DNA from: Amphiscolops sp. MND2022
Lineage: Eukaryota
Direction: 5' to 3'
NCBI GenBank assembly: GCA_964187785.1
Contig: OZ076413.1
Span: 46,440,001 to 46,504,000, forward strand
DNA: 64,000 bases
The position numbers and the translations under genes were made by a program. Positions 25,201-37,931 of the stretch are shown here, piece by piece; positions within the stretch are counted from its first letter, which is position 1; each line of letters begins with the position of its first letter. The notes beneath the pieces are model-generated. The model saw only the letters and a list, made by a program, of their open reading frames with translations, searched no databases and had not been told where the DNA came from.

Positions 25201-28200
25201 CCTTAGTTAGCAGATTCTCGTGATTATAATTTTATCGGTTAAAAATCTAAAACCGAAAGCATAATTCCCAATCTTTGCGAAAAATAGCTGTGTCCCACGT
25301 ATTAAGATAGTAAATAAAATGTAATAGAAGAGAACCCCTTTCAAAAACTATAACATACCAATTACCTTAGTGTAAAAAAAATGAATGGCTTCAGTAAATG
25401 AAGAAGTGTCTGCCAAATAAATAAAAGTTCCAAATTAGGTGGCAAATGTTACAAAATTGTCCAAAATGTTGTCCCCTATGCCAACTCAGTAGTAAATACA
25501 ATCAATCAAAAATGAAATTAAGAAGTTTCTTCATTATTTGCAAACTTACATTTCAAGTGCCCAACAAAATTTCAGAATGTTTGTTTATTTGATTTTCAAA
25601 TAACTTGGATGATAGCAGAAATCAGAGCTAGTTTTGTTTTGGTCCAATTCTTTTTTTACAAATAAGGGTTCAGTTTATTTCTTACACTATTGTATAAATA
25701 TTTTTTTATTACAAATATTATTATTTTTACTACTATTTCAATGATAATTTCACTTGACCTCTTAACTGGGGGTATTAAATTGGTGGGGGAACCAGGGGTT
25801 GGTAATTTTGTATTGCAATGCAATACAAGCCTACCAATTAATAATTTTTGTGCTAACAGAAAAGATCCCTTCATCATTTTCAAATGTCAATTATCACGTT
25901 CAAGCGCCACTTCATTCGTAACAGTGTGGTATGAGGCGCGGCGCGGAATGTATACATGTACTGTGTATATATATTCCAATTACTTTACTGTGAATAGGGG
26001 ACTATGGCTCAGAGCAACAGCTTCCGCTTGTCAGATCACCAAAGTTAAACACTTGGCAGGCGGAGGCGTTTGATATCTGTAACATATCTGTAGATATCTA
26101 TGGATAGGTCTCAGATATCAACTATATCAACTGCTGGCTCTGAGCAAATGTCCCCTTTTTAAAAAATGTTGAAAATCATTTTTGAAATGAAACACTGTAC
26201 TATTTCAATAAGCGCCAAGAATGACCAAGAATGGTTCATTCTGTAACCGAGAAAGTGTGCAAAAAGTGCTCAACGGCGAGAAAAAAATGAAAACTCGGCA
26301 ATTTATTGTACAATAAATGTATTAAATAATGTTGTTTGAAAGTTAGAGTATTTAATGAAAATGCCAGTCAAAGTAATGCATTTATTGAATGTAGGATATC
26401 CATTAATAATGTATTCTTTTAATGCAAATCCCTGATCGCAACTCCATTGCTCAAAATAGCGAATTTAAAACTCAAATATCTTTAAAATTGTCAGCTACAA
26501 AAGTTTCTTAGACTTTTATCTAATTTACAAAAATGTTTGTTTGAAAATTCTGCGAGAAAAATTACAAAAGTTAGAAATACGAAAATTTGACAAAATTTCA
26601 GGATCTTTACTGGTAATCCCCCCACCACGTTAAGCGGCCAAGAGAAATTATCATTGAATAAATATTAACAACCAATGGAATTGCAGTATTTTATAGCTCT
26701 AACTGCAACTGAAACTCATCACTGATAGTGGTGGGGAATTAAACTTCCGAGCTTACTTTGGGGGAGGGGGGAATAACAGAAAAGATACAATTTTCATCAA
26801 ATTTGCACTTTTTCTTGATTTTCACAAAGTTAAAAATATTTTTGGAAAATTTTCTATCCATCGTTTGCCCCCAAGTCTCCTGCGGATGCTGATATGGTGT
26901 CATTGAAAATTTTTTCTATTTAAAATAAATATCGGTACTTTCCTAATGGACCGGACAATTGAAAAACCATTCCTAATAGACCGGACGCACTATATAGAGA
27001 CCGTACAATCAGTTTATTGACTTAAAGACTCCGGTTTCAGGAAAGTACCTAAAAATCATCAATTCTCTAATACAATTCAAACTTTCATTGAAATAGCAAC
27101 GCGGTGTGATTTTGTGTAATTTCTTGTGAAATAGCAACGCAGTGTGATTTTGAGCAGTTTCTTATGAAATAGCAACGCGGTGTGATTTTGAGTAATTTCA
27201 TCTGAAATAGCAACGCGGTGTGATTTTCGAGTAACTTCGGTGAAATAGCAACGCGATGTGATTTTCGAGTAACTTCGGTGAAATAGCAACGCGATGTGAT
27301 TTTCGACTACCTTCGGTGAAATAGCAACGCGATGTGATTTTCGAGTAACTTATTGAAATAGCAACGCGATGTGATTTTCGAGTAACTTTGTTGACAAGCA
27401 ATAAGATTAAAAGCAAATTTTAGTTGTTCATTTTCAAGGCGCTATGGCCAAATAGTTAGTGCGCTAGCTTTCGAACCATAAGGTCTCGGGTGCGATTCCC
27501 GGACAGGTAAAATATTTCCTATTTCGGAAATAAGATCTAAATATGTTTCTTGATTTCAGTAAAATAACTTCGAGAAAAGGCCTTGCTATTTGTGTTACTG
27601 TTGTTTGCAATTAATTGTTGTCAAATATTATTTAATTATTTCGTTCTTTTTGCCGCTTTACATTTAATAATTTGATTGCTTTGTCATCATTGTGGGTTCG
27701 AAACTTGGCCTCGAATAATCAAGTAGTTACTGCTTCTATTTTTGACTCTCAAAACGATCTATAGAGCAGCTTTTCCTATAGCTAATTTCAAACTTCGGTG
27801 AAATAGCAACGCGATGTGATTTTCGAGTAACTTCGGTGAAATAGCAACGCGATGTGATTTTCGAGTAACTTCATTGAAATAGCAACGCGATGTGGTTTTC
27901 CCCAGTGAATTTCATTGAAATAGTAATGCGGCGTGATTTTCAGTCAATTAAAGTGAAATAGCAACGCGATGTGATTTCGAGTTTTTTCTAATGGGGGCCT
28001 ATTCATACAGCAGAAAATAAAGCAGCATAAAGAAGCATCCTGATGGGAATGAATATAAAAACTATTGTTGCGTTTGCAATACGATTGAAATAATCTATAA
28101 GGGGAGACATTTTTGTGTTGTCTTTTGTTGTTTAAGGGTTCAAAGACGCCACCAAAGACGCCACTGTACTGTATTATATTGATTTATAACATCGATATTT

Positions 28201-29822
28201 TAACAAGATAACAAGATATATTGAAGAAAAAGGAACTATTTTTAGCTCAACGTAGATCATCTAGACACTATCATGAGTCTTATATGTACTGCATTTTATA
28301 TAAACCTCAGGAAAGTGCTAGTCGAAATATGTCAAATCAAGTTTAATTTGGATATTGTTTGCTAATGGGTCCCGCGAACTTATTTCCCTTTTCCCACTTA
28401 AAAGTTTTGGATTTTCAGCGTAGTCGTTTTTTCACTGTTTTGTCAGAGGAATTATCCCAGCTTACTGATAAAGGGCCACAGTATCCCATTTAGTTTTGGT
28501 AATGGTCACGAGTTTGCTTAAATTCATTTTGGATAGAGCCATTTTACGTGTTGACCGTGATTTTAGAAGTGAAAGTCAAGTTGTTCATGCAGCGTGACAA
28601 CCTTCATTTTCCAATCAATGATCACCTTTTCTTGTTCACACAAGCGTGGAACGAACCTGACTTCATAGTTTTTGTTTGATATATTCGAAAGCTTAGATTA
28701 AATAATTGATTAATTTCCGTGAAGGTGGCAATTTTCTGCAAACACTCTGGGGACAGATAAATTTTCCTGTGAGTGGGGTGGGGGGGGGTATTAGCAAACA
28801 AGATCCGTTAATTTATATCAATAATCAGAAATTCTTCAATTGTAACACGACGAATTTCGTCTCGGTGCGAAACTGGGGCTATACTGTAGTGTTCATATCG
28901 TTTTCATATAGTACCAGTGCGGCGCCGAGCAACATCACCGTCCAAGTTAATAAACCACTTGATTTGAAATATTTCACTTGAAAGGAAAGTATTCGATGCC
29001 TATTCTGATTGTGTGAGACAGTACCAAGTTCATTCAGTTTTATACTGTTATGTTTTATTTTCTTTTTCAAATATTACATTATTTTCCACTCAAAATGCTC
29101 CTGATTTTAATTTACCCAACGTTTACGAAACCAGAGTTGGTGGGACATAGACCCCACTTTTTACTAGGCCTTGGTGGGACGGAAATAAGGTAAAGTCACT
29201 AGTTAAAAAAATAAACTAGTAAAAATTACATTGTCAAGAATTCACAAGAAAAGAACTCACTGGGTTCTGGTGAATACAAGTCGGATGCCTCAATTCCTCG
29301 CTCTCTGATTTCTTGCTGACGTCTCAAACAAGTGTTTTTTGACAGGTGTTGCTTGAGTTTTCCAGTGCTGGCGCAAATCAGACCGCATTCAGGACAAGTA
29401 CAGCGATGAATACTCAAAGTTTTCCGTTGTTGATGAGCTAAAACAGAATGAAGTTAATATCTCTAGATCTTCAAATAACATAAGATCAAAGAGCATAAAA
29501 ATGGAATTAGTTCAAATTTTAAATGGCAAAGCATGAGTTACATAGAAAACACTACTTTGGGCCTCACCTATGATAGCATGAAAAAGGAAAACAATAGTCA
29601 ACAAATATTCGTTTTCTTTTTGTTTGTTTCATTCGGGGTTTAAGCTAAAACTTTTCCCCAAAACTTGGCTTCAAAAAAATTTCGAAATTTCTCATTTTGA
29701 AAATATTTTTCAAATCCAACATAATATCTGAACTCACCAAGGCATGTAGATTGATGACGCGTGTAGAACCATTGCTTGTTGGAATCAAACTCTTTGAAGC
29801 AGTGGATACAAGTGAAGGTCAT
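22262..29822 (-). CDS. Triple C2HC zinc-finger + JmjC histone-demethylase-like protein (KDM2/KDM7-type), 4 exons, ~657 aa
   Basis: Exons 29822-29738, 29437-29261, 24233-22979 and 22718-22262 have canonical GT-AG introns and stay in phase (1974 nt). JmjC motifs QTDWHQDFTGTSVFYFLLKGRKEF and GDAIFLPSQWIHFVHTPVDS...NF. Fingers CIHC..H...C, CPEC..H...C and CNSC..H...C. Confidence 0.85.
23715..23885 (-). repeat. 15-18 bp coding repeats (EEETAP / RETA) in the JmjC gene
   Basis: GGAGCAGTCTCTTCTTCA tandem units on the plus strand. Confidence 0.9.
25997..26157 (+). mobile_element. SINE-like repeat with tRNA-like start and 5S-like segment; other copies (minus) at ~46190-46328, 53339-53509, 59338-59499
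   Basis: GGGGACTATGGCTCAG is followed by GTCAGATCACCAAAGTTAAACA, which resembles 5S rRNA GTCCGATCACCGAAGTTAAGCA. Confidence 0.45.
27083..27387 (+). repeat. ~38-bp minisatellite (GAAATAGCAACGCGATGTGATTTTCGAGTAACTTCGGT); further arrays at 27793-27981, 51413-51635, 62274-62435
   Basis: About 8 tandem units here; the same unit is arrayed at three other loci. Confidence 0.95.
27438..27508 (+). pseudogene. tRNA-derived sequence (pseudo-tRNA or SINE head)
   Basis: A-box-like TGGCCAAATAGTTAG and B-box-like GGGTGCGATTCCC; stems do not close. Confidence 0.5.
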
Positions 29823-31054
29823 TCTGGAATCTGCAATCTAGGTCTTTTATTGAAGGTGGTAGAAAGTTTACCAAATGTCTACTACTGCACGGGACAAATG
29901 TTCAACACAAACTGAACCTGAAACTGTAACTTGACTTCGTCTCAGCAGCTCAAGATCGACCAATCACGTTAGACGGATTTTGGTTGATCAACCAATCACA
30001 ATAGCCGAAATTTGGCAGATTGGAAAAAGATGATGTATGCTGGTGTTTGATGAGCAGGGCGACCAAATAATAACGTAAAAATTACAAAAGTTGATTTGAC
30101 GATTTGTAGAAAAAAAAGACTTTATATTGACTTTGTGAAAAACATTTGTCGAATCATGCGGTCGCAGGGGGGATAAGACACATGGTTCAAATACCATTGT
30201 CGACATCGTTTGCGTTGAAACTTTGATCAAGAAAACAATTGATGTCGACATAATTGTATACATTACATTGATTGTCAAAATAATGATTTAAAAATAATTT
30301 TTGCCTAAATAATTCCAATAAATACAATCAAAGTATTTTAATGGAACGCGAAAAAAAATACAAATAACTTACTTTCTCTCTGATAAAATACAAATAATTT
30401 ATTTTTAGTGTCAAATAATTTTACCAGAAGAACAGTGTGCATAGGAAATATTTTTTGGCATCCCTCGGAGTTAAACAGATGGTCCCATTTGACTATGAGC
30501 CAAAAATCATTTACTGAGTACAATGATTAAACATAGGATTGAAATAGTTAGAGAGATTTTCAGGCGAAAAGTTTCAATCATTTGCCAAGAGAGGGTGGGT
30601 TTATCTTTTAATTCCTTAGAATGTTTGTCACACTCATAATTCCCGTTTTTTACTTGATGATACTTCAAATTGATTTCAAAGATAATTTATTGAGGGAATG
30701 TATTTCATTGATATATTCAAACTTCTAATGAATACAAGACGATTTCAATTCTTGAGCTGTTTTGATGAATGAACTGGGTTTCAATTTTGAAAACACATAT
30801 TATAAAGATATTGACAGTCGCGAGGATCGGTTAAAGGAGATAGGGCAAGAATGTATTGTAATTTGCAATTTTTAGTCCCAATAAATGATTATAGCATATT
30901 CAAAATCATAGCAACATCGACTGAAAAAAAGATCAACTTTAATTATTAAAAACAAATAGCTATATACAAAATTTTGAAAACGAAGTGTTCTTTTGAATAA
31001 TGTTTGCAAAAGTGCATGTATAACCAATTGGTGTTTTTGCAAATATCGACTAAT

Positions 31055-31120
31055 ACCGAGTTTCGAACCCTTGACCTTGCGTTTATAATTCAAGCACTGT
31101 ACCGATTAGGCTATAGTGTC
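31055..31120 (-). pseudogene. tRNA-derived sequence (pseudo-tRNA or SINE head)
   Basis: Reverse strand reads TAGCCTAATCGG...GGTTCGAAAC; acceptor stem is absent. Confidence 0.45.
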
Positions 31121-31472
31121 TGAAATAATGTACAATTTAAGTTTCATTTATTTGCTACGCAACAAATAGGGACATCAATAAAATTCAATAAATTCCATTT
31201 GAATACAATACAAGATTATTTATTGTAGAGGATAATTGTTAATCGTGTTAATCAAGGTTAATTTTACGAATCAAATACCAGAACTCCTGTAAACTCCAGC
31301 TGTTTGCGCCATGAGAAAATTTGAGCCATCAATAGCCATTATGGCCATTATTGATGTAAACATTTGTAAACTTTATGGATTTTCTGTTTCGAACAATTAA
31401 AAAATAATAGTTTCCATTAATTTTTGAGCACCTCTGTTACCACCACTTTGTCATTGACGAACCCCCACTTCG

Positions 31473-31640
31473 TCATTGCGTTGCTTGTTTTTTATCTTAC
31501 TTCCATTATGGAAATAAGATAAAAAAGCAACGCAATGTGATTTGCGCGCTGACAAGTCGTCAACGCACAATCACATTGCGTTGCTTTTTTTATTTTATTT
31601 CCATTATGGAAGTAAAATAAAAAAGCAACGCAATGTGATT
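31473..31640. repeat. Nested palindrome built from the GCAACGCAATGTGAT motif
   Basis: Two hairpin units CATTGCGTTGC...TTCCATTATGGAA...GCAACGCAATG are arranged as a larger inverted repeat. Confidence 0.85.
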
Positions 31641-32374
31641 CTGAGAAAATCCATTCTTTGCCCCCATGGCCAAGCTAGAGTATTTTTTCAATTCTCACCA
31701 AGTATGTATAGTACAAAAGGGGTCTAAGTCCCGCTGATTGCGGATTCGTCAACGGACAAACACTCAGTCACATCGTTTCTTTACATCTTTTATTCAGTCA
31801 CATCTTTTAATCTCTTGCCATATACTATAGTTTCATTTGGTGGATTACCAAATAACAAGAGCAAATGAGGTGGATTGATAATGCAGGGTTGTCAAAAAAT
31901 TCGCACCAATTTAAATCGCAATTCAATTCGGGAATTAGTTCGCCGGTTTTTTCATTGATATTTTTTGTCGAAGGCCGCGTGTTGAATTGTACAAATTGTC
32001 TCACGAGAAAGCTCAGAAACGTGAGCTTATGCCAAAAAAGGCTGAAAAATTGAACTTTTTGATGCGTTTTGTTGAAATATTTAACATCCCTCGTTTTGAA
32101 AGAAATTTTCGAGAAACGGTTTTGGAAAAAAATCGATTTAAATCGCTATTTTGATTGAAAAAAACATTAAAAACGACGTTTTTCTAGAAAGAACGTTTTT
32201 TTAACCATGTGATTATTTAATAATACTAGTATTCTCGAAAGTATGCTCCAAAAAATTCAATAAAAAATTCATTGTAAAAATTTTTGACGCAGTGGGACAA
32301 TCCTTTAAATTTACCAATTACAGCAGGAGAGTCATCCACTTCGGTCATCCACCCATGTCAGTCATCCCGGTTTT

Positions 32375-33002
32375 GGGTGGTGAATGAACCAAGTTGAGAG
32401 CTTGACATACAAGCTGTTGGTTTGGATTCAATCAAGAGGGGGCAATCACTAATTTACTTGGTGAATAGAAACAAACAAGATTGCGGTAAAAGTCCCATCA
32501 ATGCTTAGTAAATTACAGTTTCAGGTCCCACCAAGTGCATTTTCGAAAACGTCCTATTTGTTTTTCAAACATTAACAACAGAAGCGTCAAGAAACCCTGC
32601 CAGCCCCATGAGGTGTTTGGTGGTGAATGAACCAAGTTGAGAGCTTGGCATCCAAGCTGGCAATCAAGAGAGAGCAATCACTAATTTACATGGTAAATGG
32701 AAGCAAACACGACTGTGTTAAAAAGTCCCATCAATGCTTAAAAAATTAAAGTATCAGGTCCCACCAAGTGCTTTTTCGAAAACGTCCTATTTGTTTTTCA
32801 AACATTAACAACAGAAGCGTCAAGAAACCCCGCCAGTCCCATAAGGTGTTTGGTGGTGAATGAACCAAGTTGAAAGCTTGGCATCCAAGCTGGCAATCAA
32901 GAGAGAGAGCAATCACTGATTTACTTGGTGAATGAAAACAAACAACTGCGTTAAAATGTCCCATCAATGCTTAGTAAAGTAGTGACAGGTCCCACCAAGT
33001 GC
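32375..33002. repeat. ~232-bp tandem repeat, ~2.7 copies, each with GTCCCATCAATGC and GGTCCCACCAAGTGC
   Basis: GGTCCCACCAAGTGC occurs at 32524, 32757 and 32988. Confidence 0.92.
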
Positions 33003-33297
33003 AACAACCAATCAAATTCAAACTTTTATCCAATTTTTTCCAACGTCATTTCTCATTCCATGAGTTAGTATTGCGTTGTTTTGTCGCCTAAGAAGGAAGA
33101 AGATTTCCAAGGCTTACAAAATACAATCAAATTCATAAGTTCATAGCAACACAAAAGTATTGATATAGCTAGTTCAAACGACACTAGCGTTGCAGATTAT
33201 ACTGCATAGAGCTGAAAGGATTCCAAGGAAGTCTACATTCATCAGCTGGTCAAAGAGCACATAGCAAGCCCAGTTCCGAGCTGACATCAACCCTATC

Positions 33298-33702
33298 ATG
33301 TTCAATCCCTCAGCAATGCCAATCAGGTCGTGTATTCGTCCGATAGATGAACTGCTCTCAAATTATGGACAACCACACAGAAAAAACGTGCATTTTGCCG
33401 ACTCAACCACCAATCAAACCTCTCCGACACATCCGAGAGCTTGGAGGATCAAAAGAAGCAAACCCATTCCTGAGACAACCCCAACAACCTCGCTCACTCT
33501 AATCTCTTCTCTACGGAGTGAAAATACAAAAAGGAACAAAAAACCAGTAACAGTCAAGTTCTCTTTCATTGAAAGAGCTATACTACCAAATGGACAAGTA
33601 ATGGAGTCCGTGATATGTTTCAATGCACCCAATGAATACTGGAAACCTGGGGCTCTGGACGACGAGCCGTGTTATATATTGAACTGCCGAACAACAAGAT
33701 AG
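33298..33702 (+). CDS. Hypothetical 134-aa protein with RVxF-like motif
   Basis: ATG-initiated ORF, GC-richer than its flanks, containing SCIR...RKNVHFAD. Confidence 0.4.
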   Translation: MFNPSAMPIRSCIRPIDELLSNYGQPHRKNVHFADSTTNQTSPTHPRAWRIKRSKPIPETTPTTSLTLISSLRSENTKRNKKPVTVKFSFIERAILPNGQVMESVICFNAPNEYWKPGALDDEPCYILNCRTTR

Positions 33703-33968
33703 TATTTCATGTTACTATTTGTCGTTTTTTGTTTACATTTTTCAAAATCAATTGACCTTTTTCATCTGATTCTCCATTTCATGTTTTAAAAGCAAGCTAT
33801 CTTGGAAAGGTAGAAAGAAGAGTGGCCACAAACAAAAATTGGAAAACGGATGTTCTGCGCTCACATTTTAAAATAATTTTTGTTCCCGTTTTCTTGATTT
33901 CGGAAAAATGATGTCAATAATCTGTAATAAAGGGGGAAACCTCCTAGGGCTACGTCCTAAAGTCTATT

Positions 33969-34280
<312 letters not shown>

Positions 34281-36766
34281 GTTCGCGGTGACATTTTGCA
34301 CCACAATTCCAAAATCGTGTACCACTTTGCATGACCTCGAAAAATCGCAAGACCGAAATGCACCTACTACTACCAAGAGCAAAATGGTATCAGATTTACT
34401 ACTAAAACTATGTCCAAGTAGCATGTGATTTTTTAAGTAGTAATACAGATCACAAATCTGAGAACCACTTTGCAATGCAAAAACTGTGAATACTCGGAAC
34501 TCTCTGCGAAACGTATTGAAATGAACTGAAATGAATAGTATTAGGTTCTGAGGAGGAATCAAATGATAATCGGAAGGCGTACGTTTTTTTGTAGCCATAG
34601 GGAGGATTTTGTAGCCATAGGGAGAGTTGACTCCGAGGGCTTGCACCTCTCGCACCCCCAGACAAAATGCATTCTCTCATAGCTTTTAAATAAAGTTACC
34701 AATCATTTGAATACAAAGTCTTTAGTCACATACTGGAAAAACTTCAACTCAATCTTGCATGCGAAAAATGCAGAGAGCTGGGATATTGTAGCCATAGGGA
34801 GATGACTTTGAAGGGGCCTTTATTTTGCCTTTATTTTACGAAACGTTGAGCATTACCCAATCTGATGCTTGAAAAAGATTTGTTTGTCAAGGTTCTGGAT
34901 TGCCACTTTTGATTTGAAATTTGAACAATTTTTCGAATTTGAATGATCACATCAATTTTAACAACAGATATACTTTTCAACAGTATTCAACATTTTATAA
35001 TCATTTGATTTTAATCAGCCAACTCTGCTTAAAAGATCTACAAAAACGAATAAAAATATTGGCATGCTTTGGTTTTCCCTCCATTTTTTCGTTCACTGAG
35101 AATAACAGCATGCTTTCCTAACGTATATTGACAAACAAACAGACAATCGAATGTTTATTTGAATTCTGGGATCCAGTTAGTCTGAATTGAACTTGCTGTA
35201 GATTTCCTTCAATAACAGCAGCTAACTGGTTGTGAATATAGTATATTCTTTACTAGGGATTGTAGCCAACAGTACAAGTAATAATAATTCCATATTTCAA
35301 GAAACCATATATCAAATGGCTATTCAACAGATATACTTTAGAGAAATAGAGAAACCAACTAATTTGCTATTCAACAGATATACTTTAGAGAAATAGAGAA
35401 ACCAACTAATTGTGAAAATTTCGTTCAGTCCCGGCATGGTTCGTAAGCGGATTTCCAATTTCTTCGTTCAATTGAATTCATTTCAATTCAATTCCAATTT
35501 CTTCGTTTGTATTGTAATGTTCGCATTGTAAATCGCAAAAGGCAAACAGCAAACAATTCTTATGATGACCAAATAACATAATAGCTATTTACTTCGTATG
35601 ATTTGCGAAACTCAGTTCAGCTAAATGAATCAAATTCACAAGATCGAAACAAAAATAGTCTTACAAAAATTTGAAAATGAAATCCATTGTCATTTGTCAA
35701 GGAAATTGTCATTAAATGAAATGTCATTGAATCTGTCATTAAATTAAATTATAAATTTGCACTTATGTTATTTGGTCTACATTCGATGCAGTTTATTGGC
35801 AAAAATTGTTCATTGGCAAATTAACTTCTACCATTATTAAATTGCCATTAATACTTCTTAATACTTGCCATTAATACTTGCCTTCTTTGCCATTATACTT
35901 CTATTACTCCTTATACGGTAAGAACATTTAAAGGGTTACTCCGGGGTTAAAAGTTTTAGGTAGTGTTGCTATTTTCTTCGAAAACTTATAGAATTAACTG
36001 AACAAACTTATGAATTTTTGAAGAAATAAACTTAAAGAATTCGAAGAAAGTTATTAGGATTCCTATTTCGAATTTGTCCTTTGAATTCAACTATCATCAA
36101 CGTCATAAGATGGGGGTTTTTAGGTTGAAAGGAGGTGTTGAGAGAGAGGTGTTAATTCTAAATGAGTGAAAATGAGTCTAACAGGTGAAAGACATCTAAA
36201 CCTTTGATAATTATCTGAGGTAATGTGAGGAAAGAAAAATAAGCAGCCAACCCCATCCCCCCACCTCAACCCATCACCCCAACCCATCAGCCCAACCCAT
36301 CACCCCAACCCCTCTCCATGATTGTTTATTAAAAGTCTAGTTAAAAGTTCAGTAGAGGAAGTTTATTTTTAGAGTTTAATTTTTTTAAATTTTAGAGTTT
36401 TAATTAGTTTAAAAAGCAGAAATTAATGAATTATTGATTAAGATGAAAATCAAAATATCTTAGATAAATCAAATTTTTTTAGAGTTTTAATTATTTTAAT
36501 TAGTTTAAAAGGTAAAAATTAATGAATTATTGATAAAATCATAATGAGGACACTTTTCAAGAAGTAAATTACTTTGTGACAATTTTATGCAGAAAAATCA
36601 AACATGACCATTGGTTATTCATCAGAATAAGAATTAAAGTATGATATAAATTAAATTAAAGTTCCGAGGAAACTTCGATCAAATAGATTTAAATAAAATT
36701 GAAGTACGAATGAATTTTCGATCAAAGTTGATCAAATATATAAACAACTGAAATCGAAATGACAAC

Positions 36767-36848
36767 GGGGACGGTGGTTCAGTGGTTAAGTGGGCTGGTT
36801 GTTCGGGCTTGTTCATCGCAAACCGGGGTTCGAATCCCAGACTGGGCG
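36767..36848 (+). pseudogene. tRNA-derived sequence (SINE head or pseudo-tRNA)
   Basis: A box TGGTTCAGTGG and B box GGTTCGAATCC; no canonical anticodon arm. Confidence 0.55.
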
Positions 36849-36981
36849 GGTTTGGAATGCGAATTTTTATTGCTGTTTTGATCTTTTAAGTGTTTGACTG
36901 GAAACACCCTTTTGACTGGAAACACTGAGTCACTGTCCTTTTTTTGAAGAAACAAGGGAGGGAGGAGAGTCACAGTACTAA

Positions 36982-37710
36982 AATAATATAAATAATCTAA
37001 TAATAATCTAAGGACCAGATTTCTTTGCCCCCCTTTTTTTTCTTCAGAAGATATTGCTTTTTTGATGTTCTTTGAAAAAACACGAAAAGTTCTGAATATC
37101 TGAATTATTCGTTACTATTGCGCTTTCTTATTGGCCGAGAATTCAACCAATTAGGCATCTGAATCAAAAGTACAAAGTTTCACACTTTTGAATGATGATT
37201 TAAGTTGATTCAAATATTATTTAATTTCACAGTATTATATAATTATTATATAACAAATATCATTTTAAAATAATTTTAAAAAGTGTGGGGGAAAGGAAAA
37301 AGTTCCGTTACTATAATCAATTGCATAAACAACATTTTGAAAAGTGTGGGGGGGGAGGACAAAGTTCCGTTACTATAATTAATTGCAAAAACAACAATTT
37401 ACCCCCACACTTTTTAAAATTATTTTAAAATGATATTTGTTATATAATAATTATATAATACTGTGAAATTAAATAATATTTGAATCAACTTAAATCATCA
37501 TTCAAAAGTGTGAAACTTTGTACTTTTGATTCAGATGCCTAATTGGTTGAATTCTCGGCCAATAAGAAAGCGCAATAGTAACGAATAATTCAGATATTCA
37601 GAACTTTTCGTGTTTTTTCAAAGAACATCAAAAAAGCAATATCTTCTGAAGAAAAAAAGGGGGGCAAAGAAATCTGGTCCTTAGATTATTATTAGATTAT
37701 TTATATTATT
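36982..37710. repeat. Near-perfect inverted repeat: ~310-bp arms around a 110-bp spacer
   Basis: 36982-37291 is the reverse complement of 37402-37710. The centre carries two ~60-bp direct repeats. Confidence 0.95.
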
Positions 37711-37931
37711 AGATTATTAGATTTAATGCATCCGGCTGCAGCTCAAGCGGTCACTGGTTAGAACCCGGGTGCAACCTAACTTTTTTCATTTGATAGTCTC
37801 CCAAGAGATTTTTGTATTATTCGAATTTGAAGCTTGTTTTGAAACTAAAACGGGTACACAACTGCTTTTAAAAAACGGATGCAGAGTGGTCAACTAATTT
37901 TTTCACGAGGTTCCAGGTGTCAAGATGCAAG

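Noticed and set aside
27083..27387. CRISPR-like array, and ORFs made of SRCYF/HIALLF repeats (also at 51.3 and 62.2 kb)
   Set aside because: The variable parts are only ~10 nt and similar to each other. This is a minisatellite and the ORFs are repeat artefacts.
28300..28335. Penelope-type hammerhead ribozyme (also CTGATGA at ~43645 and ~63580)
   Set aside because: The core CUGANGA/GAAA could not be placed with three closing stems.
36767..36848. Functional tRNA genes (also 27438-27508, 31055-31120)
   Set aside because: A and B boxes are present but acceptor and anticodon stems do not pair. Treated as pseudo-tRNA or SINE heads.
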